Below, in pieces: positions 1 to 10,246 of a stretch of DNA of 64,000 bases. Position 1 is the first letter of the stretch. Every line of letters starts with the position of its first letter. The translations under genes were made by a program, and so were the position numbers. The DNA lies in the NCBI GenBank assembly GCA_902523885.1, contig CABZAV010000002.1, positions 4,923 to 68,922 of the forward strand. Reading direction: 5' to 3'. The notes under the pieces are model-generated. The model worked only from the letters and a program-made list of their open reading frames with translations, ran no database searches and had not been told where the DNA came from. The stretch is from an uncultured SAR86 cluster bacterium. Its GTDB lineage: Bacteria; Pseudomonadota; Gammaproteobacteria; Magnimaribacterales; AG-339-G14.

Positions 1-462
1 CAAACCTTCAAACCTTAATTCTCCTCCTATCTCAATCATATAATTATTAATGTTATTGGCTTTTAAAAGATCAGAAACTTTATCAACAGCATATCCTTTC
101 GCAAAAGAATTAAAGTCATAATTACCCGTAATTTTATGATTAAAGTAACCTTTTGATTTGCTGTGAATATTCCATCCAAGTTGATCTAGCTTTTTCCATT
201 CCTTATCTGCTTCTCTTAAATCAATCTTGTTGTTATTTATAAGGGAAGTCAGTGAATCGTCTTTATAATGAGAAAAAAGGTCATCAATTCTATTCAGCTC
301 CTTTAAAATGATTGCTTCTATAGGAACTTCTTTATTTTCAGAAAAGTACTTTAACTGCCAAGTAGTACCATAAATCTCTCCTTGAATTATTTTTTGGCTA
401 GACTCGTTTGAACAACTTAAGAAGATGAGACCAAAAAAAAGAAAGAGAAAGGTTTTTGGCAT
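1..462 (-). CDS. apbE: FAD:protein FMN transferase ApbE (lipoprotein), N-terminal 154 aa; C-terminus lies beyond the left edge
   Basis: Absent from the ORF track because it has no in-window stop. My translation from the ATG at 460-462 is MPKTFLFLFFGLIFLSCSNESS...GTTWQLKY...FAKGYAVDKV...MIEIGGEL. It has an LSC lipobox and ApbE-like motifs. It sits directly downstream of nqrF, as in other nqr operons. Confidence 0.85.
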   Translation of the reverse strand, partial: MPKTFLFLFFGLIFLSCSNESSQKIIQGEIYGTTWQLKYFSENKEVPIEAIILKELNRIDDLFSHYKDDSLTSLINNNKIDLREADKEWKKLDQLGWNIHSKSKGYFNHKITGNYDFNSFAKGYAVDKVSDLLKANNINNYMIEIGGELRFEGL

Positions 463-464
463 TA

Positions 465-1697
465 TTAGCCACCGAAATCATCAAACATGATGTTTTCAGG
501 CTCAACCCCAAGACTATCAAGCATTTTGAATGCTGCATCCATCATCATCGGCGGTCCGCACATATAGTACTCGCAATCTTCAGGTGTTGGGTGATTAACC
601 AAATAATTATCATGTAGAACATGGCTTATGAAACCTGTATAACCGCTCCAACTATCTTCCGGAAGTGGATCGGATAAAGCAGTATGATAAGAGAAATTTT
701 CATATTTTTGTTCAAGTTCTCTAAATTCTTCATCATAAAACATCTCTTTGAGGCTCCTTGCCCCATACCAGAAAGATATTTTTCTTGAGGAATCTAATCG
801 TAAGAGCTGGTCAAAGATATGAGATCTCAATGGTGCCATACCTGCTCCACCGCCAATGAATACCATTTCATTTTGTGTATCCTTAGCCATGAATTCTCCA
901 AATGGTCCAAAAATAGTTAATTTGTCACCTTTTTTTAAATTGAATAAATACGATGATGCTTCACCAGGAGGAAAATCTGTTCCTGGAGGAGGACTAGCAA
1001 TTCTGATATTGAATTTCATAATACCTTTCTCCTCAGGGTAATTTGCCATTGAATAAGCTCTTATTACAGGTTCTTTTACAATGGACTTATTTTCAAGAAC
1101 TTTAAATTTTTCCCAGTCTTCCAAGTACTCATTTTCAATTTCAAAGTTTTTATAATCAGCCTCATAAGCAGGAATTTCCATTTGGACATAACCTCCTGCG
1201 TCAAAGCCGACAGCTTCTCCTTCAGGTAATTCCAATATTAGTTCTTTAATAAAAGTGGCAACATTTTCATTTGATTTTACAGTAGTTTCCCATTTTTTGG
1301 CTCCAAAAACTTCATCAGGTACGGTGATTTTCATATCACTTTTAACGGGAACCTGACATGACAATCGCCAAAAATCTTTCTTTTCTCTATTATTAAAATG
1401 TGCTTCTTCTGTCGCTAAAATTGAGCCTCCACCATCAAAAACCTGACACTTACATTGCGCACAAGTTCCGCCTCCACCGCAAGCTGAAGATAAAAATAAA
1501 TCTTGTTCTGCGAGTGTTTGAAGTAATTTACCACCTGCTGGTACTGTAATAGTTTTTTCAGGGTCACCATTAATCTCAACTGTCACATCTCCTGTAGAAA
1601 CTAATCTAGTTCTAGCAAACAAAATGACGAAAATCATCATGTTCACTATTAATGTGAATGCTACGATACCCAATGCTATTTCAATTATATCAACCAT
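465..1697 (-). CDS. nqrF: Na+-translocating NADH:quinone oxidoreductase subunit F
   Basis: N-terminal TM helix, 2Fe-2S motif [12 protein letters not shown] and FAD motif RAYSMAN. The start is placed at MVDIIEIAL (ATG 1695-1697, TAATG overlap with the nqrE stop), not the upstream Met at 1736. Confidence 0.95.
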   Translation of the reverse strand: MVDIIEIALGIVAFTLIVNMMIFVILFARTRLVSTGDVTVEINGDPEKTITVPAGGKLLQTLAEQDLFLSSACGGGGTCAQCKCQVFDGGGSILATEEAHFNNREKKDFWRLSCQVPVKSDMKITVPDEVFGAKKWETTVKSNENVATFIKELILELPEGEAVGFDAGGYVQMEIPAYEADYKNFEIENEYLEDWEKFKVLENKSIVKEPVIRAYSMANYPEEKGIMKFNIRIASPPPGTDFPPGEASSYLFNLKKGDKLTIFGPFGEFMAKDTQNEMVFIGGGAGMAPLRSHIFDQLLRLDSSRKISFWYGARSLKEMFYDEEFRELEQKYENFSYHTALSDPLPEDSWSGYTGFISHVLHDNYLVNHPTPEDCEYYMCGPPMMMDAAFKMLDSLGVEPENIMFDDFGG

Positions 1698-2308
1698 TAA
1701 ATACTTATACCCCCAAACGACATAAATCCAAAGCACATCAAACCAACAGTTATAAAGGTAATACCTAATCCTTGTAAACCGTCGGGAATATCGCTGTATT
1801 TAAGCTTTTCTCTAATTCCAGCAAGCATAGCAATTGCAAGGGCCCAACCAACTCCAGCACCTAATCCATAAACAACACTTTCTCCAAAAGCTAGACTCTT
1901 CTCGACCATAAACAATGACGCGCCCAAAATTGCACAATTGACTGTAATTAATGGTAGAAAAATTCCCAGGGCGTTATATAACACTGGCACATATCTATCT
2001 AAAAACATTTCTAAAATTTGAACGGTAGCCGCTATGACGCCTATATAACTTATAAGTCCTACAAACTCTAAGGAAACTTCTGGGAAGCCCAACCAAGCCA
2101 ATGCGCCTTCTTTAAGAATGTATGTATAAATTAAATTATTTAAAGGAACTGTGATTCCAATAATTACAATGACAGCTATTCCAAGACCGATTGCAGCATC
2201 TATTTTTTTTGAGATTGCAATAAAGGTGCACATTCCAAGAAACACCGAAAGCGCTATATTCTCTATAAAGACAGCATTGATAAATATACTTAAATAACTT
2301 TCAAGCAT
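1697..2308 (-). CDS. nqrE: Na+-NQR subunit E
   Basis: 203-aa polytopic membrane protein of the NqrE/RnfA type, in the nqrE position of the operon. Confidence 0.93.
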   Translation of the reverse strand: MLESYLSIFINAVFIENIALSVFLGMCTFIAISKKIDAAIGLGIAVIVIIGITVPLNNLIYTYILKEGALAWLGFPEVSLEFVGLISYIGVIAATVQILEMFLDRYVPVLYNALGIFLPLITVNCAILGASLFMVEKSLAFGESVVYGLGAGVGWALAIAMLAGIREKLKYSDIPDGLQGLGITFITVGLMCFGFMSFGGISI

Positions 2309-2972
2309 GATCTGCCTTCACTTCTTTAGGAGCATTCTTGCTCATTTTAAATTCAGCTGGTTCTACTTGTTCAGTCTTCCAAGATCTTAAAAACCATATA
2401 AATAATCCAATTATCAAAAAAGAGCTTGGTGGCAATAGAAAAAAATTATTACTTACGTACCATCCACCTTCAGAGACTAATGGAAGAATTTGTACCCCTA
2501 ATAGTTGTCCGCTTCCTATCAGCTCTCTTATAGAACCAACGATAATCAAAATCACGCTGTAACCTAAACCATTTCCAAACCCATCGACCATACTCATATA
2601 AGGACCATTTTGCATGGCATAAGCTTCAGCACGTCCCATGACAATACAATTGGTGATAATTAAACCTACAAATACTGAAAGAGTTTTACTCGTCTCGTAA
2701 TCATAAGCTTTCAAAAGCTGATCAACGATAATTACTAAAGAAGAAATAATTGTCATTTGAACGATAATCCTTATGTTGCTCGGGACTATGTTTCTTATTA
2801 ATGAAATAAAAAAATTGGATAACGTAATTGTCGCAGTTAAGGCGACACACATAATTAAAGTTGGATAGAGCTTGCTAGTTACAGCTAAAGCAGAACAGAT
2901 ACCCAAAACTTGCAACGCAATTGGGTTATCTTTGAATATCGGAGATAACAATACTTCCGAAGTTTTAGCCAT
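2301..2972 (-). CDS. nqrD: Na+-NQR subunit D
   Basis: 223-aa polytopic membrane protein of the NqrD/RnfE type. 8-nt overlaps with both neighbours. Confidence 0.93.
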   Translation of the reverse strand: MAKTSEVLLSPIFKDNPIALQVLGICSALAVTSKLYPTLIMCVALTATITLSNFFISLIRNIVPSNIRIIVQMTIISSLVIIVDQLLKAYDYETSKTLSVFVGLIITNCIVMGRAEAYAMQNGPYMSMVDGFGNGLGYSVILIIVGSIRELIGSGQLLGVQILPLVSEGGWYVSNNFFLLPPSSFLIIGLFIWFLRSWKTEQVEPAEFKMSKNAPKEVKADHA

Positions 2973-3741
2973 TTATATTTTCCTGTTTTAAATTATTTAA
3001 AAACTTTTTGAAACCACTATCACCCAACCAGTAAGCTAATAAGTTAGATACCCCGTTGCTAGTTAAAGTTGCTCCAGATAAACCATCTACCTCATAAGTG
3101 GACATATCAGTGTTATTATCCACTTTTCCCTTTACAACTTTAATAAGAATTTCACCGTTTTCGTCATAAATCTTTTTCCCTCTCCAAAGAGCCTTCCATT
3201 TTGGATTATCTACTTCGGCTCCAAGACCTGGAGTTTCTTTATGTTGATAGAATTCGAGACCGACGATCGTATTTAAATCACTAGAAATTGCTAAATATCC
3301 GTATAGTATTCCCCACAATCCATAACCTCTAACAGGCAAAATCACAGTATTTAATTGATCTTCACGGTATTCAAGGAACACTTTTGAAAAGTTTTCTCTT
3401 TTCTTAATAGTGGCAATATCCTCTATTGAGCTTAGCGCTATGTATCGAGATGGATCTTTCAATTCCTTAGAAAGATCGTATTTTTTGGTTGAAATATCAG
3501 TAATAAGCCCTTCTTCTATATCAATAATTTTTTCTTCTATAGAGTCAAAAGCAGATTCTGTAGTGCCATAAAAACCTTTTAAGTCTGCTGCTGCAACAAT
3601 TTTTTTTTGTTGATCTAATACGGCATTACTCTTTTGGAGTTCCTTTAAGCCTACAGCTATAACTGAAATGACAGCGGCGCAAACTAGACAAAGTCCAATT
3701 CCAATAAGCAAAGTATTTTTAATGCTATCTTTATTCTGCAT
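2965..3741 (-). CDS. nqrC: Na+-NQR subunit C
   Basis: Single N-terminal TM helix plus the FMN-attachment motif LSGATLTS. Confidence 0.9.
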   Translation of the reverse strand: MQNKDSIKNTLLIGIGLCLVCAAVISVIAVGLKELQKSNAVLDQQKKIVAAADLKGFYGTTESAFDSIEEKIIDIEEGLITDISTKKYDLSKELKDPSRYIALSSIEDIATIKKRENFSKVFLEYREDQLNTVILPVRGYGLWGILYGYLAISSDLNTIVGLEFYQHKETPGLGAEVDNPKWKALWRGKKIYDENGEILIKVVKGKVDNNTDMSTYEVDGLSGATLTSNGVSNLLAYWLGDSGFKKFLNNLKQENING

Positions 3742-4948
3742 TGAGCACTCTCACTCTTTGTTTAATATTTCTTGAAACAAAATAATGATCTATGAGAGGA
3801 GAAAGTAAATTTCCAAATAAAATAGCTAACATCATACCCTCTGGGTAAGCAGGATTAAGAACTCTGATCATGATTACCATGAAACCGATTACAAACCCGT
3901 AGACCCATCTTCCTTGGTTAGTGTGTGAACCAGAAACTGGCTCTGTTGCCATAAAGACTAGGCCAAACATATAACCACCCATGACCATATGCCACCAAAA
4001 AGGAATAGCAAACATTGGATTAGTATCGCTGCCAGCTAAGTTAAATAGTGTTGCGGTAAACATTGTACCCAAGACAACACCTGCAACAATCCTCCATGAA
4101 GCTATCTTTGTATAAAGCAAAATAGCCAGTCCTATTAATATTGCTACAACTGACGTTTCGCCGATTGATCCAGGAATAAAACCTAAAAAAGCATCACTCC
4201 AAGTATAAGACATGTTCATATAAGATTCTTGAGCGGACATTCCTAACATTGTTGCTGCTGTATAGCCATCGACTGCCACCCAAGCCATATCGCCTGACCA
4301 TGATGCTGGGTATGCAAAATATAAAAATGCCCTACCCGTTAAAGCTGGATTTAAGAAATTCTTTCCGGTACCACCAAATATTTCTTTACCTATTACCAAA
4401 CCGACACTGATACCTAAAGCTACTTGCCATAAAGGAGCATCCGGTGGGCAAGAAAGAGCAAAGAGAATGGTTGTAACAAAAGCACCTTCGCTTATTTCGT
4501 GTTTTCTAATGACAGCAAAAATCATCTCCCAGCCTATTCCGACAATAAAAGTGACTAAGTAAATTGGTATGAAATAAATCGCCCCATAACTAATACAATC
4601 TAAAAGATTGTTTGGGTTCAAACCTGAAACAAGTTGAATTATTGGCCAATGCCAGTCTGTTTCAAAAACTCCTCCATTGAGATTAATTTCCTCTAATGCG
4701 GATAAAGCTTGGAATCCTACGTTATACATCCCAAAAAAAGCAGCAGGAAAAGTTGCCAACCAAACCACTACCATGATCCTTTGAATGTCGCTGCCGTCTC
4801 TTATGTGAGTGAGTCCTGAGGTTTTTCGATCAGAAGAATAAAAAAGGTTTTCAAATACATCGAAAAGAGGAAAATATTTTGCTAGTTTTCCTGAGCCTTG
4901 AAAAGATGGCTTTAATTTATCAAAGAAATTTCTTAGAGGATCTGACAT
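3731..4948 (-). CDS. nqrB: Na+-NQR subunit B
   Basis: 405-aa polytopic membrane protein of the NqrB/RnfD type, in operon position. Confidence 0.93.
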   Translation of the reverse strand: MSDPLRNFFDKLKPSFQGSGKLAKYFPLFDVFENLFYSSDRKTSGLTHIRDGSDIQRIMVVVWLATFPAAFFGMYNVGFQALSALEEINLNGGVFETDWHWPIIQLVSGLNPNNLLDCISYGAIYFIPIYLVTFIVGIGWEMIFAVIRKHEISEGAFVTTILFALSCPPDAPLWQVALGISVGLVIGKEIFGGTGKNFLNPALTGRAFLYFAYPASWSGDMAWVAVDGYTAATMLGMSAQESYMNMSYTWSDAFLGFIPGSIGETSVVAILIGLAILLYTKIASWRIVAGVVLGTMFTATLFNLAGSDTNPMFAIPFWWHMVMGGYMFGLVFMATEPVSGSHTNQGRWVYGFVIGFMVIMIRVLNPAYPEGMMLAILFGNLLSPLIDHYFVSRNIKQRVRVLNAE

Positions 4949-4950
4949 TA

Positions 4951-6306
4951 TTAACCTTCCTCCTCTATCTTGGTTAACATTTCTCTTAAGAGGGATCCGT
5001 AATCATATTTACTAGGGCAAGCATAAGTACATAGAGCTAGATCTTCTTCATCTAATTCTAAAATGCCAAGTTTTTGTGCTAATTCAGTATCGCCAATGAC
5101 AATGCTTTTAAGAAGCTGAGTAACCATAATATTATAAGGAAATATATCTTCAAAAATGCCAATAGGAACTATTGCTCTGTCTGCGCCATTCATCGCAGTT
5201 GTATAATTGAGTTTTAAAAATTTTTCTTTTAATTTGGTTAAGAATACAGGAAGAACAGAATGTTTTTCTAATCCTGGTCTTAAAAAATTTAAAAATTCTC
5301 TATCATCTTTTTCAACCTCTCTTAAAACTGAAATTTGTGAGTTATACCTTCCCAAGTAATTTGTATAACTATTAGCCTCTCTCCCACATAAAACTGATCC
5401 TGATATAAATCTATTATTTCCTTGAAGTGTCTTACCTGCTGAAACCTCTGATATTGATGCACCAATTTCAGTTTCTATGAGACATGGGGTTTCAACTTGT
5501 GGACCGCAAAAAGCTACCATTCTAGTTGTGTCTAGCGATCCTGTTTTAAATAGTCTACCTATCATAGCTACGTCTTGATAATTTATTGTCCATACAGTTC
5601 TGTTCAAACTTACCGGTGAAATTCTATGAATTTGAGTACCAACCAATCCAACAGGATGAATTCCATCAAACTCATGATATTGAATTTTATCAGACGTAAT
5701 TTTCGAAAAGTTACTAGTGCTAGAAGTTGAAATATGTACACAATTTTTTGGAATATATGAAATCACTTCTAATCCAAAGTTAAAATCGTCTGCCTTATGA
5801 TTAAGGTAATCTTCTGGGTTTAAGCTCAAAGGATCAGAGCTAATTAAAGAAATAAATATTTCTTCGGGAATTGTGTCTATTTTTGGAATTTTAGAAAAAG
5901 GTCTTGTTTTAAATGATGTCCAAGTTCCTGACTCTATCAAGTTTTTAACTACTGAATCTTTAGATAACTCAGAAGAATCCTGAAAAGACTCAAATGTAAC
6001 TTCTGAAGTACTGTTTAAATTTTTTTCAATAACCATAGAAAGGAATGATCTTCGCTCTCCTCTATTTATCTCAACAATTTTTCCAGAAACTGGAGAGGTG
6101 AACTTTACTCCAGAATTTTTTTTATCTTCAAATAAATTCTGTCCTTTAATAACAACATTGCCTTCTTTCACCAACATCGTTGGTTTCAAACCATGGTAAT
6201 CCTCTCCTAATAGAGCAACATTTCTTACAGAAACAGAATTCTTTTTATCAGGGTTTATATTTCCACTGATCGGTATATTCAAACCTTTTGAAACTTTAAA
6301 CTTCAT
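4951..6306 (-). CDS. nqrA: Na+-NQR subunit A
   Basis: 451-aa soluble NqrA-like protein and first gene of the nqrABCDEF-apbE array. Confidence 0.93.
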   Translation of the reverse strand: MKFKVSKGLNIPISGNINPDKKNSVSVRNVALLGEDYHGLKPTMLVKEGNVVIKGQNLFEDKKNSGVKFTSPVSGKIVEINRGERRSFLSMVIEKNLNSTSEVTFESFQDSSELSKDSVVKNLIESGTWTSFKTRPFSKIPKIDTIPEEIFISLISSDPLSLNPEDYLNHKADDFNFGLEVISYIPKNCVHISTSSTSNFSKITSDKIQYHEFDGIHPVGLVGTQIHRISPVSLNRTVWTINYQDVAMIGRLFKTGSLDTTRMVAFCGPQVETPCLIETEIGASISEVSAGKTLQGNNRFISGSVLCGREANSYTNYLGRYNSQISVLREVEKDDREFLNFLRPGLEKHSVLPVFLTKLKEKFLKLNYTTAMNGADRAIVPIGIFEDIFPYNIMVTQLLKSIVIGDTELAQKLGILELDEEDLALCTYACPSKYDYGSLLREMLTKIEEEG

Positions 6307-6330
6307 TAGTAGAGGGGATATTCAATATTT

Positions 6331-7815
6331 TTATAAAAAATTAGGTAACTTTCTATACTGTATTCCTGACATTTTTTTAATTACTTTTAATAATTGAGCA
6401 CAGTAACCGAATTCATTATCGTACCAAACATAAACTACCGCATTTCTGTCTTTTATAATTGTCGATTGACCATCTATTACAGCCGCATATTTACTTCCTA
6501 CAAAATCAGAAGAAACATTTTCTGTTGAAATTGAAAAATCAATTTGATCCTTTAATAAACTGTGAAAGGCTGTTTGTTTTAAAAAATCATTGAATTTTTC
6601 TAGCTCAGAAGGTTTTTCTAAATATAATTTTAAGATTGCTAAAGAAACATTAGGTGTTGGAACCCGAATTGCATTTGCAGATATCTTTCCCTCTAAATTC
6701 GGTAAAACTTGAGAAACTGCACTTGCGGCTCCAGTTTCTGTTAAGACCATGTTAAGAGCTGCTGCTCTTCCTCTCCTATTTTTACTATGATAATTATCAA
6801 TAAGGTTTTGATCGTTAGTATAAGCATGAACTGTTTCGACGTGTCCATTATCAATTTTGAACTCATTATCAATAGCGCTTAGGACAGGAACGATTGCATT
6901 AGTGGTACAAGATGCTGCACCAATGATTTTATCTGTATCTTGAATATCGTCATGATTTACGCCATAAACAATATTTTTTAAACCACCTTTTACAGGAGCA
7001 GTTAATAAAACTTTTTTGATTTCTTTATTTTTTAAGTGCGCAGACAAACCTTTTTCATCTGAGACTATTCCAGTATTATCAATTAATAATGCGTCTTTAA
7101 TTCCATATTTAGAATAATCAACATCACTTGGATCTTCGGCATTTATGAATTTAACTATATTTCCATTCATTATTAAGGCGTTTTGTTCTTCGTCTACCCT
7201 TACGGTTCCTTTAAAACGACCATGAACTGAATCTTTTCTAATTAGTTCTGCTCTCTTTAGTAAATCATTACTAGATTTTTGTCTGGTTACTACTGCTTTG
7301 AGATTCAGAGTTTCGCCTGCACCGCTATCTTCTAGCAACAATCTCGTTATCAATCTACCTATGCGCCCAAATCCAAATAAAACTAAATCTTGTGGGCTAT
7401 CTAAAATTGGGTCATGCGCTCCAATTACGTCTTTTATTTGGCTATGAACAAATTCATCAATATTTAGTCCTTTATCATCAAACATAAAACCAGCTGCTAG
7501 AATGCCAATGTCTATCTGACATGGACCAACGTCAAGTTTATCTATTGCTGCCAGTACTAAAGAGGTTTCATATTCACTAAGTTCATTTGCTTCAACTTCA
7601 CGAACCTTCCTGTGAAGTTGCATAATTTCAATCACTGACAGGTTCATCAGCGGATTGCCATAAAGAAGAATTCTTACGTTATTTCTGTGCCATTTTCCAA
7701 TGACTGGAATCATAGATTCGACTAAGGATTGTCTTTCAATCCAATTTTCTAAGTAGTTTTCTGGTTTCGCCCTTGATCTTTTATCAGGGTTTTTATCCGA
7801 ATCGGTTGGGACCAT
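6331..7815 (-). CDS. gap: Glyceraldehyde-3-phosphate dehydrogenase, long form with a ~150-aa N-terminal extension
   Basis: Rossmann motif FGFGRIGR begins near aa 155. Active-site motif ASCTTNA is present. It lies between mfd and nqrA, as I recall for the long GAPDH of Pseudomonas. Confidence 0.85.
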   Translation of the reverse strand: MVPTDSDKNPDKRSRAKPENYLENWIERQSLVESMIPVIGKWHRNNVRILLYGNPLMNLSVIEIMQLHRKVREVEANELSEYETSLVLAAIDKLDVGPCQIDIGILAAGFMFDDKGLNIDEFVHSQIKDVIGAHDPILDSPQDLVLFGFGRIGRLITRLLLEDSGAGETLNLKAVVTRQKSSNDLLKRAELIRKDSVHGRFKGTVRVDEEQNALIMNGNIVKFINAEDPSDVDYSKYGIKDALLIDNTGIVSDEKGLSAHLKNKEIKKVLLTAPVKGGLKNIVYGVNHDDIQDTDKIIGAASCTTNAIVPVLSAIDNEFKIDNGHVETVHAYTNDQNLIDNYHSKNRRGRAAALNMVLTETGAASAVSQVLPNLEGKISANAIRVPTPNVSLAILKLYLEKPSELEKFNDFLKQTAFHSLLKDQIDFSISTENVSSDFVGSKYAAVIDGQSTIIKDRNAVVYVWYDNEFGYCAQLLKVIKKMSGIQYRKLPNFL

Positions 7816-7819
7816 TTTC

Positions 7820-8947
7820 TTATAAGGAAGAGTATTTTTTTAGGTGATAGTCTGCGTTTCCAAAAATAGTTCTTATCGTAGTTAATCTCTTGAAGTAATG
7901 ACCGATGCTCATTTCTTCTGTAACTCCCATTCCGCCATGCAATTGTATGGCTTCTTCCCCGATCAATTTAGCTGCATTTCCTACTTGATATTTTAGGGCC
8001 GAAATCGATTTCACTGCATCTTCTGATTTGTCATTCATTTTGGCTGCTGCCATTAGAAGCAAAGATTTAGTTTGCTCATGTACCATGAAGGTATCAACCA
8101 TTCTGTGCTGAAGAGCTTGAAATTGGCTAAGCGCTTGACCAAATTGTTCTCTAGTTTTTGTGTATTCTAAAGTTAACTCATTCATTTTCTGCATAATACC
8201 AATTGCTTCGGCAGATATAGCTAAAGTTGCAAGATTTACAACCTCTTCAATGGTTGAAAATGCCTTATCTTGTTTACCAAGAAGAGCGTCTTTAGTTAAG
8301 ACAACATCCTCCAGTGTAAGTTCAGATGCTTTTGAACCGTCAACATTAGAGTAATCTCTTAAGGATACTCCTTTAGTTTCTCTGTCAACTATAAATAAAC
8401 TGATACCATTTTCATTTAGTTGAGATCCTGCAGTTCTAGCGGAGACAATCAACTTATCTGCAGCAGGTCCGTTCATGACCACACACTTATAGCCATTGAG
8501 TTTGTATCCATCTCCATCTTTTTCAGCAGCAGTAGTTACATCATTCAAATCAAACCTACTTTGAGGCTCAGAAAAAGCAAAAGCTAATTGCATGTCACCA
8601 TTTAATAAATTTGGAAGAATAGCGTCTTTTTGGTCTTTAGAGCCCAGCTTGCTGACAAGATTTCCAGAAAGCACAATATTTGGAATATAAGGCTCGACAA
8701 TCAAACCAGTTCCAAATGCCTCAAGAATGATCATTATGTCTACCGGACCACCATTAAACCCTCCATCCTCTTCTGAGAAAGGCATTGCTAAAAGACCGAA
8801 TTGAGAGAAAGTTTTCCAGAAATCTTTACTGAATCCTTCTTCTGTCTTGACTAGCTTTTCTCTGACATCAAAGGGATAGTCTTTTTGAATAAATTGGTGA
8901 ATTAAGTCTTGCAGCTGTTTTTGCTCGTCGGAGATTAAAAAATCCAT
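7820..8947 (-). CDS. Acyl-CoA dehydrogenase family protein, smaller (beta-like) member of a gene pair
   Basis: ACAD fold over its full length (375 aa). C-terminal region is IFGNADYHL rather than YEGT.EIQ. No Glu at either usual catalytic-base position. Confidence 0.8.
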   Translation of the reverse strand: MDFLISDEQKQLQDLIHQFIQKDYPFDVREKLVKTEEGFSKDFWKTFSQFGLLAMPFSEEDGGFNGGPVDIMIILEAFGTGLIVEPYIPNIVLSGNLVSKLGSKDQKDAILPNLLNGDMQLAFAFSEPQSRFDLNDVTTAAEKDGDGYKLNGYKCVVMNGPAADKLIVSARTAGSQLNENGISLFIVDRETKGVSLRDYSNVDGSKASELTLEDVVLTKDALLGKQDKAFSTIEEVVNLATLAISAEAIGIMQKMNELTLEYTKTREQFGQALSQFQALQHRMVDTFMVHEQTKSLLLMAAAKMNDKSEDAVKSISALKYQVGNAAKLIGEEAIQLHGGMGVTEEMSIGHYFKRLTTIRTIFGNADYHLKKYSSL

Positions 8948-8965
8948 AACTTACACCCAGCGGTT

Positions 8966-10159
8966 TTAAAGGCCTAAAACAGCTTTTGCGATAACATTCC
9001 TTTGAACTTCATTACTTCCACCATAGATAGATACTTTTCTATAATTTAGATAATGAGGCATAACATTAGCTGCAAAATCAGGACCTATTCTTTTTTCATT
9101 TGATTTTAAATCTTCCTCGCTCATGAAAGGATGAGCATAATAACCTAATGCTTCAACATAAAGATCGGATAAAGATTGTTGTAAATCTGTTCCTCCGATT
9201 TTTAAAATAGAAGATTCAGGACCAGGATGACCTCCTGCAGATATAGAAGCTAATGTTCTTAGTTCTGTAAACTCTGCTGACAACAAATCAATCTCAACTT
9301 TGTTTAGTTTATCCATAAAAAGTTGATCATCCTTTAAAAAACCTTCGTTTAAAGGAAGCTCTTCTGTAATCTGTCTCAACCTTCTAATTTCTCTTTTGAG
9401 GTGGGGAATACCGCCGATACCAGTTCTTTCATGGGCAAGTAAAAACTTGGCTATGCTCCATCCAGCACCTTCTTCACCAATTAAATTTTCAGCAGGAACT
9501 TCAACGTTATCAAGATAAACCATATTTACTTCATGTGAACCATCGATTGTTATTATTGGTTTTACTTCTACACCAGGAGATTTCATGTCTATCAATAGGA
9601 AACTTATTCCTTGTTGTTTAATTCCTGAAGAGTCAGTTCTGACCAAACAGAAAATCCAATCTGCATGTTGTGCCATGGTTGTCCAAGTCTTGGTGCCGTT
9701 AACTATGTATTTATCTCCTTTTTTTTCTGCTTTTGTCTTCAAGGACGCTAAATCAGATCCTGATCCAGGTTCAGAATAGCCCTGACACCACCAAACATTG
9801 TTATCTCTGATGTCAGGTAAGAATCTCTCTTTTTGTTCTTCTGTTCCAAATGTGTAAATTACTGGTCCACACATACTTACTCCAAAAGGAACGATATTAG
9901 GGGTATTGGCTTCAGCCAACTCGTTTTGAAAAATAAATTTTTGAGTTACAGACCAGCCTGAGCCACCATGTTCTTCCGGCCAATTGATCGCAAACCAGCC
10001 TTTTTTGCTGAGAATTTTTTGCCAAGTGACAATGTCATCTTTAGATACTGGAACACCATTATCCATTTTTTCTTTGATTTCAGACGGGTAGTTTTCTTTA
10101 ATAAACGATCGAACTTCTGATTGAAATTTTAAGTCTTCTTCTGAAAAAGATAAGTTCAT
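8966..10159 (-). CDS. Acyl-CoA dehydrogenase family protein, larger (alpha-like) member of a gene pair
   Basis: 397 aa with CQGYSEPGSGSD, WTT and LLAHERTG (Glu at the IVD/LCAD-type position). C-terminal IYGGSNEVQRN has Gly in place of the MCAD-type Glu. Confidence 0.85.
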   Translation of the reverse strand: MNLSFSEEDLKFQSEVRSFIKENYPSEIKEKMDNGVPVSKDDIVTWQKILSKKGWFAINWPEEHGGSGWSVTQKFIFQNELAEANTPNIVPFGVSMCGPVIYTFGTEEQKERFLPDIRDNNVWWCQGYSEPGSGSDLASLKTKAEKKGDKYIVNGTKTWTTMAQHADWIFCLVRTDSSGIKQQGISFLLIDMKSPGVEVKPIITIDGSHEVNMVYLDNVEVPAENLIGEEGAGWSIAKFLLAHERTGIGGIPHLKREIRRLRQITEELPLNEGFLKDDQLFMDKLNKVEIDLLSAEFTELRTLASISAGGHPGPESSILKIGGTDLQQSLSDLYVEALGYYAHPFMSEEDLKSNEKRIGPDFAANVMPHYLNYRKVSIYGGSNEVQRNVIAKAVLGL

Positions 10160-10246
10160 AATTAACCTCTATAAAGTATTTGAATTGTATCTGAGGTAGG
10201 TATTATACACACAGAATTAAACTTCAAAAGGTGTAAAGACACTCAT

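Noticed and set aside
856-1041. Short opposite-strand ORFs in the track, here and at e.g. 2338-2562, 8160-8354, 9585-9779, 14408-14650, 16336-16566, 17172-17492, 25198-25476, 29610-29849, 30645-31142, 39559-40173, 42633-43450, 43925-44449, 60904-61227 and 63252-63787.
   Set aside because: Each lies entirely inside, and antisense to or out of frame with, a long ORF that has strong family motifs. Their sequences are low-complexity shadow translations.
1698-1736. Upstream Met (1736) as the nqrF start.
   Set aside because: It would overlap nqrE by 40 nt and add a non-homologous [13 protein letters not shown]. The Met at 1697 aligns with the known NqrF N-terminus and gives a TAATG junction.
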